Source of the DNA: an uncultured delta proteobacterium
Lineage (GTDB): Bacteria > Myxococcota_A > Polyangia > Fen-1088
Length of the DNA: 64,000 nt
Assembly: GCA_963755125.1 (NCBI GenBank)
Contig: CAVWIP010000010.1
Location: 288,001-352,000 of the forward strand
Direction of reading: 5' to 3'
Shown here: one piece after another, positions 53,946 to 61,738 of the stretch
Numbering within the stretch: position 1 is the first letter of the stretch
Layout of the letters: each line of letters begins with the position of its first letter
The notes under the pieces: model-generated
Database searches by the model: none
What the model was told of the DNA's origin: nothing
The model's input: the letters and a program-made list of their open reading frames with translations, nothing else
Position numbers and translations under genes: made by a program

Positions 53946-55345
53946 TGCAGCTCTTTCAGCGCGCCCTGCTCGGCAAGAAAGTCCTCGTGGTGGGATTGGG
54001 ACGCTCGGGGGTCGCCGCCGCCCGCCTGTGTACCGCCCGCGGAGCCCAGGTCACCGTCACCGACAAGCAGCCGGCCGAGGCGCTGGGTGCGGCGCTGGCG
54101 CAGCTACCGCCCACGGCCAAGCAAGAGCTGGGCGGGCACAAGCCCGAGACTTTCCTGGCCGCCGACCTCATCGTGTTGTCGCCAGGCGTGTCTCCCTTGC
54201 CCGAACTGCAGGCAGCGCGCGCGCGAGGCGTCCCCATCACCGGCGAGCTGGAACTGGCGTCATGGTTCGTGGACGCACCCATCGTCGCCATCACGGGGAC
54301 CAACGGCAAATCCACCACCACCACCTTGTGCGGTGCCATTCTTGCGGCCAACGGCCGGCCCACCTTCGTGGGAGGCAATCTGGGCGTGCCGCTTGCCGAG
54401 GCGGTGGGCACGCCGGCCGCCGAACAGGGCGGCGCGTGTGTGCTCGAGGTGTCGAGTTTCCAGCTCGAGACCGTCGATTCGTTCCGCCCTCAGGTGGCGG
54501 TCCTGCTCAACATCACAGCCGACCACCTGGATCGCCACGGCACCCTGGATGCCTACGTGACGATCAAGACGCGCATTTTCGCCGCACAGACCGCGGCAGA
54601 CTTCGCGGTCCTCAACATTGACGATCCGCTGGTCGCCGCAGCGGCTAAGAAGATTCGCAGCCACTGCGTGCTGATCTCGACCCGGCACGCGCTGGTCGTG
54701 GGTGGGTGGCTCGAGGCCGATGCTCTGTGCGTGCGCCTCGCGGGTGGACCGATCGAGTACTATCCCGCTCACCTGCCGGGGCTGGTCGGCCGGCACAACC
54801 TGGAAAACGCCTTGGCGGCGCTGGTGGCGGGCCGCCTGGCCGGCGCGCTGCCCGCCGAGGCCCGTCATGCCCTGGTGACCTTCCGTCCGCTGGCGCACCG
54901 GATGGAGCTGGTGGGCGAGCTGGACGGCGTCTTCTTCTACGACGATTCCAAGGGCACCAACGTGGGCGCGGTGGTGGCGGCGCTCGATCGCTTTCCACGC
55001 CCGGTGGTCCTGATCGCTGGCGGCCGCGACAAGGGCGGCTCGTACGAGCCGCTGGCCAAGATCATGAAACAGGCCGGTCGCGCTGCTGTCCTGATCGGCG
55101 AAGCAGCGCCCAAGCTGCGCGAGGCACTGGCGCCAGTGGTGCCGGTTGAGATGGCGGCCAGCATGGAAGAAGCGGTGGCACGGGCCACGACCATGGCCAG
55201 GAGCGGAGATGCCGTGCTGCTGTCTCCTGCCTGCTCCAGCTTCGACATGTTTCGCAACTACCAACATCGCGCCGAGGTCTTCCGGGCCGCAGTCAAGGAT
55301 GTCATCGCCCAGAAGCGCGGCGGACGGCCGGAGGGATCCCCATGA
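53945..55345 (+). CDS. murD: UDP-MurNAc-L-Ala:D-Glu ligase
   Basis: GLGRSG, ITGTNGKSTT, EVSSFQL, DDSKGTN, SPACSSFD. ATG at 53945 overlaps the mraY stop. Confidence 0.95.
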   Translation: MQLFQRALLGKKVLVVGLGRSGVAAARLCTARGAQVTVTDKQPAEALGAALAQLPPTAKQELGGHKPETFLAADLIVLSPGVSPLPELQAARARGVPITGELELASWFVDAPIVAITGTNGKSTTTTLCGAILAANGRPTFVGGNLGVPLAEAVGTPAAEQGGACVLEVSSFQLETVDSFRPQVAVLLNITADHLDRHGTLDAYVTIKTRIFAAQTAADFAVLNIDDPLVAAAAKKIRSHCVLISTRHALVVGGWLEADALCVRLAGGPIEYYPAHLPGLVGRHNLENALAALVAGRLAGALPAEARHALVTFRPLAHRMELVGELDGVFFYDDSKGTNVGAVVAALDRFPRPVVLIAGGRDKGGSYEPLAKIMKQAGRAAVLIGEAAPKLREALAPVVPVEMAASMEEAVARATTMARSGDAVLLSPACSSFDMFRNYQHRAEVFRAAVKDVIAQKRGGRPEGSP

Positions 55346-56601
55346 GCCTGAGTGAACGCGTGGCCGGATGGGTCGGTCCCAAGCACCCGGGCGGTGGGGG
55401 CTCTTTGTCGCAAGGACCGGATCGCTTGCTGGTCGGGGCCATACTGGCTTTGACCGGGTTTGGCGTGGTGATGGTGTTCTCGGCGGGCGCGGCGTTCGCG
55501 GCCAAGACTTATGGCGATTGGACCTACTTCCTCAAGCGCGAGGCGGTCTACAGCGGGGCTGGCCTGCTGGCCTTCGTCGTCGGCATGCGGCTCGACTACT
55601 CGGTCTACCGTCGCCTGGCCTATCCCCTGCTGTTCCTGTCTATGGTCATGCTGGCCGTGGTGCTGAAGGTTGGGCCGGCCATCAACGGGGCTGTGCGCTG
55701 GTTCCGCTGGGGCGCGCTGTCGTTCCAGCCGTCGGAGCTGGCCAAGTTCGCCCTGGTGCTCTACCTGGCGGTGCTGCTCGCGCGCAAGGCCGAGAAGGTC
55801 AAGGACTTCTCCATGGGATTCCTGCCTCCCCTGGTGATGACGGGGATCTTCCTGCTCTTGCTGCTCAAGCAGCCTGATCTGGGCACCGCGGTCATCATCG
55901 GCGTCACCGCGCTTGGTCTGCTCTTCGTGGCCGGCACGCGCTCCAGCTACATTCTACTGTCGGTGCTGGTCGCGGCGCCCATCGGCTGGAAGGTGTTCAT
56001 CGCGGGCGAGCCCTGGCGCATGCGGCGCTTTCTCGCTTTTCTCTATCCCTGGCAGTTTCGGCGCGACACTGGCTACCAGCTCTACGAGTCGCTCATCAGC
56101 GTAGGCTCCGGAGGTCTTTGGGGCCAAGGGTTGGGCCAGGGCCACCAGAAACTCTTCTTCCTGCCCGAGGCCCACACAGACTTCATCCTGGCCATCATCG
56201 GCGAGGAACTGGGCCTGGTCGGCGTGCTGGCTGTCCTGCTGGCCTTCACCGTTCTGGTGTGGCGCGGCCTGCGCGCAGCCGCGCGCGCGCGTGACGCTTT
56301 CGGGTGCTACCTGGCATTTGGCGTGACCCTGCTCTTCGGATTGCAGGCCCTGGTCAACATGGGCGTGGTGCTGGGCCTGCTGCCCACCAAGGGACTGCCG
56401 TTGCCCTTTGTCAGCTACGGCGGCACGGCCTTGGTGATGAGCCTGTTCATGGCGGGCGTGCTGGCCAACATTTCTGCGCGCAACCCCGAGCCCGTGCCCC
56501 TGTCGTTGTGGCAATCCCTGCGCAGCAGCCGTGGCCGTGTGTCGAAGAACCGCCGCAGCGACGCCTCGGACGTGCAAGTGGTAGTCGAGGCAAAGTCGTG
56601 A
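55342..56601 (+). CDS. ftsW: SEDS peptidoglycan polymerase FtsW
   Basis: FQPSELAK, QPDLGT, GYQL, LPEAHTDFI, PTKGLPLPFVSYGG. Confidence 0.95.
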   Translation: MSLSERVAGWVGPKHPGGGGSLSQGPDRLLVGAILALTGFGVVMVFSAGAAFAAKTYGDWTYFLKREAVYSGAGLLAFVVGMRLDYSVYRRLAYPLLFLSMVMLAVVLKVGPAINGAVRWFRWGALSFQPSELAKFALVLYLAVLLARKAEKVKDFSMGFLPPLVMTGIFLLLLLKQPDLGTAVIIGVTALGLLFVAGTRSSYILLSVLVAAPIGWKVFIAGEPWRMRRFLAFLYPWQFRRDTGYQLYESLISVGSGGLWGQGLGQGHQKLFFLPEAHTDFILAIIGEELGLVGVLAVLLAFTVLVWRGLRAAARARDAFGCYLAFGVTLLFGLQALVNMGVVLGLLPTKGLPLPFVSYGGTALVMSLFMAGVLANISARNPEPVPLSLWQSLRSSRGRVSKNRRSDASDVQVVVEAKS

Positions 56602-56602
56602 C

Positions 56603-57685
56603 ATGCGCCTGCTGATTGCTGGAGGCGGTACCGGCGGCCATCTCTACCCTGGGATAGCGGTTGCAGAAGAAGTCGTCCGGCGCGGCGGTCAGGCGCTGTT
56701 CGTGGGAACCTCGCGCGGATTGGAGGCGCGCGCCGTGCCTGCCGCTGGCTACCCACTGGAGCTGCTGGAGGTGAGCGGCCTCAAGCGCGTGGGCTTGATG
56801 GCAGGCCTGCGCAGCCTGTTTCGTCTGCCCAAGGCGTTCTCTCGTTCGTTGTCCATTCTTCGGCAGTTTCGTCCCGACGTGGTGCTGGGCGTGGGCGGCT
56901 ACGCCTCGGGGCCTATGGTGCTGGCCGCGGCGCTTTGGCGTTACCCCACGGCGATTCAGGAACAGAACAGCGTTCCTGGGATGACCAACCGAATTCTTTC
57001 GCGACTGGTTCGGGTTGTGATGGTGGCCTTTGATGAAGCACGAAGATCTTTCCCGGCCGGCAAGACCGAAACCATCGGCAATCCCGTGCGCAGCAAGCTG
57101 GTGGCGACTTTGACCGGCGCGGCTGACGGCGAACAAAGCGCACCGTCTCGCATTCTGGTTGTGGGCGGCAGCCAGGGAGCACGCGCGGTCAATGACCTGG
57201 TGCTGGCCGCTGTCGAGATGCTGGCCAAGAAAGGCGCACTGCCAGCCATTGTCCACCAGACCGGGCCCAGCGATGAAGAGCGTTGCCGCAAACGCTACCG
57301 CGCGGTCGGCGTGGCCGATCAAGTCGACGTGCGGCCCTTCATCGACGATATGGCGACCGAATATCATCGCGCCAGTCTGGTGGTGGCGCGCGCCGGTGCG
57401 CTGACCCTGGCCGAGCTGGCCATTGCCGGCCGACCCGCCATCCTGATTCCCCTGCCCACTGCCGCCGACGATCACCAGAGCAAGAACGCCGCGCGTTTCG
57501 CCCAGGCCGGCGCAGCCATTGTGCTCGATCAGCGCACTTCGACCGGTGCAGAGCTAGCCCAATTGCTGGGCGATTTGCTCGCCGATTCCGCCCGCCGCCA
57601 GGCGATGGCCGCAGCCATGCTCAGCCTGGCGCGGCCAAATGCAGCCGCGGAAATCGTCGACAGGTTGGAGAGACTGACGAGCTAG
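56603..57685 (+). CDS. murG: lipid II GlcNAc transferase
   Basis: AGGGTGGHLYP, GGYAS, EQN, GNPVR, GGSQGA, RAGALT, HQSKNA. Confidence 0.96.
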   Translation: MRLLIAGGGTGGHLYPGIAVAEEVVRRGGQALFVGTSRGLEARAVPAAGYPLELLEVSGLKRVGLMAGLRSLFRLPKAFSRSLSILRQFRPDVVLGVGGYASGPMVLAAALWRYPTAIQEQNSVPGMTNRILSRLVRVVMVAFDEARRSFPAGKTETIGNPVRSKLVATLTGAADGEQSAPSRILVVGGSQGARAVNDLVLAAVEMLAKKGALPAIVHQTGPSDEERCRKRYRAVGVADQVDVRPFIDDMATEYHRASLVVARAGALTLAELAIAGRPAILIPLPTAADDHQSKNAARFAQAGAAIVLDQRTSTGAELAQLLGDLLADSARRQAMAAAMLSLARPNAAAEIVDRLERLTS

Positions 57686-57693
57686 AGCACCCT

Positions 57694-57723
57694 ATTCACG
57701 AGCGCTGCGACGGCTTGTTGGGC
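57694..57723 (+). mobile_element. partial attC-like site (3' half, core GTTGGGC)
   Basis: ATTCACGAGC-GCTGCGACGGCTT-GTTGGGC; GTTRRRY core at 57717-57723; motif recurs at 58238 and 58845. Confidence 0.55.
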
Positions 57724-57749
57724 GGTCCCTCGCACGGTAGTATTGGCTT

Positions 57750-57959
57750 ATGCAGAACTTCACGGCCGTGATCGAGCGAGACGAGGCTACTGGTCTCTTC
57801 GTGGGCTATGTGCCTGGCTGGCCTGGCGCCCACTCGCAAGGGGCTACCCTCGACGAACTACACCAGAACCTCGAGGAGGTCATCGCGATGCTGCTCGAGG
57901 ACGGTGCTCCAAAGCTCGAAGGGGAGTTCGTAGGGACGCAAACGGTGAAGGTCGCCTAG
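57750..57959 (+). CDS. hicB: HicB-family antitoxin (short)
   Basis: FTAVIERD...FVGYVPGWPGAHSQGATLDEL..NLEEVI. Confidence 0.88.
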   Translation: MQNFTAVIERDEATGLFVGYVPGWPGAHSQGATLDELHQNLEEVIAMLLEDGAPKLEGEFVGTQTVKVA

Positions 57960-57962
57960 ACC

Positions 57963-58187
57963 ATGGGCGATGTGCCGGTCCTGAAGCCTCGTGAAGTCGC
58001 CGCGATACTTGCCAAACTCGGATTCATTCAAGTCCGTCAACGTGGTTCGCACTGCCAGTACCGACACCCGGATGGGCGGGTGACGACCGTTCCGTTTCAC
58101 CAAGGTCGTGACATCTCTCCGGCTCTGCTCCGGGCAATCGCCCGCGACATCGGAGTGGACATCCGCGAGTTCATCGCCAAGTCCTAG
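57963..58187 (+). CDS. hicA: HicA-family mRNase toxin
   Basis: LAKLGFIQVRQRGSH...HPDGRVTTVPFH..RDI. Confidence 0.9.
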   Translation: MGDVPVLKPREVAAILAKLGFIQVRQRGSHCQYRHPDGRVTTVPFHQGRDISPALLRAIARDIGVDIREFIAKS

Positions 58188-58229
58188 CCCTTCAGCGGTT
58201 CGGACCGCATCCGAACGCCGCCAGGATCC

Positions 58230-58257
58230 GCCCAACGGCTGCAACGGCATTATGGCG
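58230..58257 (+). mobile_element. collapsed attC-like site
   Basis: GCCCAAC (RYYYAAC inverse core, exact complement of GTTGGGC at 57717) is joined almost directly to GCTGCAACGGCATTATGGCG. Confidence 0.55.
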
Positions 58258-58347
58258 ATTGAGATGCCAGGAGTCTCCACAGCCGCACCAGGCCTGGTCG
58301 GTTTTCGCGTCCGATATCCAGAAAACGCGACAATGAGTTCCCTTTGA

Positions 58348-58749
58348 TTAGCCGCGGCTTGGCGACGCATTCAGCACCACTGCATTTCGGATGAGGGCCT
58401 TGAACGCAGGCTCGTCAAGCTTCTCGCCTTCATGAAGGTCGATGGCACGCCTTACATTGCCCTCGAGGCTGGAGTTGAAAAGCCCCGAGGGATCCTTCAG
58501 TTGAGCACCTTTGGCGAACGTCACCTTCACGACGCTCTTGTAGGTCTCGCCTGTGCATATCATTCCGTCGTGGTACCAGACCGGGACGCCCCGCCACTTC
58601 CATTCTTCGACAATTCGGGGGTCGGCCTCCTTGATCAGGGAGCGGATCCGGGAAAGTACCTCGCCGCGCCAGTCGCCCAGCTCCTTGATCCTCGCGTCTA
58701 TCAAGCGCGATGGTGAGTCAGCTTTCCGCGGTGTATCGTCCTTCTTCAT
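58348..58749 (-). CDS. DUF1801/YdhG-like protein
   Basis: IDARIKELGDWRG, EEWKWRGVPVW, GETYK, LKDPSGLFNSSLEGNVRRAID. Confidence 0.85.
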   Translation of the reverse strand: MKKDDTPRKADSPSRLIDARIKELGDWRGEVLSRIRSLIKEADPRIVEEWKWRGVPVWYHDGMICTGETYKSVVKVTFAKGAQLKDPSGLFNSSLEGNVRRAIDLHEGEKLDEPAFKALIRNAVVLNASPSRG

Positions 58750-58793
58750 GTCTTCCGCCTGTCTGGCAATCCTAGCACCCGCTTAAGCGATGT

Positions 58794-58864
58794 CGTCAAC
58801 GCCTCGGCATTCACCCGCGAGCGGCCGTCCGCGGCCGATCGTCAGCTTCAACGGCTTTATGGGT
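58794..58864 (+). mobile_element. degenerate full-length attC-like site (about 71 bp)
   Basis: CGTCAAC...ATTCAC..CGAGCGGCCG-TCCG-CGGCCGATCG...GCTTCAACGGCTTTATGGGT; central 9/10 bp hairpin; core mutated. Confidence 0.55.
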
Positions 58865-59075
58865 ACTCCGTTCCGGACTCGAGTTCGACGGCTCACCTCG
58901 ATGGCGTGATGGCTTGCGCTCCGACGGCCCCGGCCGCATGGAATGCGATCTTTCTAGGTATAGATATTGACGCGAAGGCATTTGCTGATGGAGTGCGCCT
59001 CACCAGGAAGACCCACGAAGACCTGCCTGACGCCCTTGTAGCCGTGTTCGCGGAGGTCCTGGAGGGGTGTGGGGT

Positions 59076-59279
59076 TCATGTTGAAGACCGCCGCCTCTCA
59101 ACCCCGTAGCCGGCCAGCAGATCTTTCCGATGGGAGATGCTGGCACCGATTCTCACGTTGGTCCGTCGAACGTCTATTCCCTCGATCTCTATCTCGACCA
59201 GGGCGAAGAGCAGGGCGAAGCCGAACAGGAAGACGATGCGGGGCAAGGCTGCCAGGAAGAAGGCCGTCAGGTCGCTCAT
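59076..59279 (-). pseudogene. truncated membrane-protein gene (N-terminal about 34 aa then drift)
   Basis: AAGGA RBS and MSDLTAFFL...FALLFALVEIEIEG with high GC3; codon quality collapses near 59178. Confidence 0.4.
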
Positions 59280-59432
59280 GTGCGTCCTTTTGCGAACAGG
59301 ATAGAGACCTGCTGGCCGCGCTGGACCAGACTCTCGACGCGGCGGTGGCGGCAAAGCCGTCAGCGGGATAGCGGATTCCGTCCTCCCTCAACCAGCTACG
59401 AATTTCCGAAACGCGGTACTACAATGGTGCTC

Positions 59433-60347
59433 ATGGGCGCACCCGATCGGAAGTTCCATGAACATTTCCACGGCGCTCGCTCGGCGTTGGCGGTTTTTCT
59501 GGCCGCGACCCTGGCTTCCTGGCCGGCCCAGGCGCAGCCGCCGGCTCCGGCACCTTCTGCGCCACCGGCAGCTCCAGTGCCCGCGCCGCCAGCCGGACCC
59601 GTGGCCCCATCCCAGCCCTACGCGCCTGGGTTTCCGCCCGCCCCCGATCCCTGGCTGCAAAGTCCACCAGCCGGCGTTCCCGGTCCGACGCCCGCCAGCC
59701 CCGGTCCAGCCGTGGGCATGCCCGTTCCGCCCGCCTATCCATCACCCTATCAGTCAGCAGCCGGCTGGCCCTATCAGGCGCCGATGCCCAATCCCTACGG
59801 CCCCGGCGGTGTCTACGTAGAGGTGCGAACCTCTTCCAGCAACGTGCGCATCGACCGCGTACTCGCACCGGGCAGCACCATGACGGTGTGCTTTGCCCCT
59901 TGCCGCAAGATCTTGCCTCGCAACAGTGTCTACGTCATTAGCGGCGATGGCGTGCGCAGTACCTCCAACTTCATCCTGCCCGACGATCGCGATCGGATTA
60001 TCCTCGACGTGAAAGCCGGCTCGACCTGGCAGGGGTTGGGCGGAGGCGTGCTTGTGGGCCTAGGCGTAGTGGTCACCTATGTCGGATTGGGACTGCTCCT
60101 CGTGGGCACCTCGACTGGCACTGACAGCGATGTGTACTCAACCAGCAGCAGCAAATCAGGTTCGCTAACGACCGCCGGCGGAGTCATGCTGGCCGGCGGG
60201 ATCCTGGCTGGCCTGCTGGGGCTGTATCTGCTCAGCGATTCGCACACCAGCGTGAAGAGCAGCACGGGCGCACAGTTCAGCGGCACCCCTGCCCCGCCCC
60301 GCAAGCGCGCGCGCTTCGCGCTGACCGCGCGCGGGCTGGAGTTCTGA
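59433..60347 (+). CDS. Pro-rich exported/membrane hypothetical protein
   Basis: Signal-like segment ending AQA, about 90 aa Pro/Ala/Tyr-rich linker, CFAPC domain, two Gly-rich TMs, terminal GLEF. Start uncertain. Confidence 0.65.
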   Translation: MGAPDRKFHEHFHGARSALAVFLAATLASWPAQAQPPAPAPSAPPAAPVPAPPAGPVAPSQPYAPGFPPAPDPWLQSPPAGVPGPTPASPGPAVGMPVPPAYPSPYQSAAGWPYQAPMPNPYGPGGVYVEVRTSSSNVRIDRVLAPGSTMTVCFAPCRKILPRNSVYVISGDGVRSTSNFILPDDRDRIILDVKAGSTWQGLGGGVLVGLGVVVTYVGLGLLLVGTSTGTDSDVYSTSSSKSGSLTTAGGVMLAGGILAGLLGLYLLSDSHTSVKSSTGAQFSGTPAPPRKRARFALTARGLEF

Positions 60348-60409
60348 CACCGTCGTCGGATTCCTCAGTTCTCTGCGCAGCGGGTTTTCCGGGCTAGACT
60401 TGCGCCATC

Positions 60410-61519
60410 TTGGACCCAACCGCGCCAGCCACGTCTGCGAGCCTGCGTGACCGCCTGCTCGCCGCGCTCGCCAACCCAGGCGCCGGTCACACCGCCGACC
60501 GAGCCACCTTGATGGCGGTCCAGGATCACCTGGCCGTCCTCGAGTGGCCCGACGAAGGCAGGGGCCTGGTGGTGCTGGACCATGCCGGGACCAGCCCCGA
60601 GAGTTTTCGTGCTGCCGTCGACCGGGTTCTGCAGGCGCACCAAGCCGGCTTGCTCTTCCTGGTGGCAGTGGGCGGCGGCGACCAAGCGCAGGCCGCCCTG
60701 GCGGACGCCGATCGCGACGCGCACAACCAGGACCATCTCGGCGTGTACCAACTCACCGACGACGGGCGGCTGCTGCGCGTGGCCGGACGCCGGCTGGCAC
60801 CCTTGGAATCAGCCGTCGAGCGGCTCGGCCAAGCCCAGGCACTGACCCCCGATGAGATTTCCGAGATCATCGAGCGCGGCCGGCGCGAACGCGTGGAGGC
60901 CAGCGCCTTTGCCCAAGCCGTATCCAAGCGCTCTCCCCGCATCACCTTCGCCCTCATCGCCGCGTGTTTCCTGGTCTTCGCTTTATTGGACGGCTCGGGG
61001 GCGCAAGGGGCGGCGGTCAAGGCCTGGCTGAGCGACGGCTCGCGCGAGGTCTGGCAAGGCGAGATCTGGCGCGTCTTCACCTATGCCTTCCTGCACGCCA
61101 ATACCACACACCTTCTGGTCAACATGCTCGCGCTGTACAGCCTGGGCGGGTTTCTCGAAGCGTTGCTGGGAGGTCGGCGCTACCTGGCGGTGTACTGCGC
61201 ATCGGCCGTCGGGGGCGGCATCGCCACCGCGCTCGCAGGCGCCCTGCGCGCGATGATGGGCGGGCCGCCTTCGTACACCGTGGGCGCTTCGGGCGCCATC
61301 TGGGGCCTGATGGGCGCAACCCTCGCGCTGGTGCTCGGCCGACGGCGGGCGCTGCCCCGACTCATCGCGCGCGGGTTGCGCCAGCGGCTGCTTGTGGTTC
61401 TGGTTATCAACGTGGCGCTCTCGTTCCTGCCCGGGATCGATCTGTACGCGCACTTCGGGGGCGGCCTGGTCGGCTTCCTGCTGACTCGCAGCGATCGATT
61501 CAGCCGACCTGCGAACTAG
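60410..61519 (+). CDS. rhomboid intramembrane serine protease with N-terminal soluble domain
   Basis: WRVFTYAFLH...HLLVNM, VGASGAIWG, AHFGG. Confidence 0.9.
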   Translation: MDPTAPATSASLRDRLLAALANPGAGHTADRATLMAVQDHLAVLEWPDEGRGLVVLDHAGTSPESFRAAVDRVLQAHQAGLLFLVAVGGGDQAQAALADADRDAHNQDHLGVYQLTDDGRLLRVAGRRLAPLESAVERLGQAQALTPDEISEIIERGRRERVEASAFAQAVSKRSPRITFALIAACFLVFALLDGSGAQGAAVKAWLSDGSREVWQGEIWRVFTYAFLHANTTHLLVNMLALYSLGGFLEALLGGRRYLAVYCASAVGGGIATALAGALRAMMGGPPSYTVGASGAIWGLMGATLALVLGRRRALPRLIARGLRQRLLVVLVINVALSFLPGIDLYAHFGGGLVGFLLTRSDRFSRPAN

Positions 61520-61520
61520 A

Positions 61521-61718
61521 ATGCAAGTGACCTGCTGCAGCATGGGCGATGCCGAGGTCAACGAAATCGTCGAGGATTGGCTTGCCGCCTCCGCCCATCG
61601 CCGCCTGGAGATCGTGGCCCCGCGCATCCAGCAAGTTCCCCGCGGTATGGAGCCATTCTCCTCGCAGATCACGCTGACGCCATCATCGACGACGACCTAC
61701 CTCGAACGGTTCGCGTGA
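61521..61718 (+). CDS. small hypothetical ORF or remnant
   Basis: Short ORF with GC3 bias immediately after rhomboid; no recognisable motif. Confidence 0.25.
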   Translation: MQVTCCSMGDAEVNEIVEDWLAASAHRRLEIVAPRIQQVPRGMEPFSSQITLTPSSTTTYLERFA

Positions 61719-61738
61719 TGGGCCACGGCCCATCGCCG

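Noticed and set aside
57704..58864. Three repeats as a CRISPR array
   Set aside because: Spacing of 500-600 bp contains genes, the repeats are degenerate and there are no cas genes; an attC interpretation fits better.
59530..59810. Pro/Ala-rich quasi-repeats
   Set aside because: Low-complexity coding linker, not a DNA repeat element.
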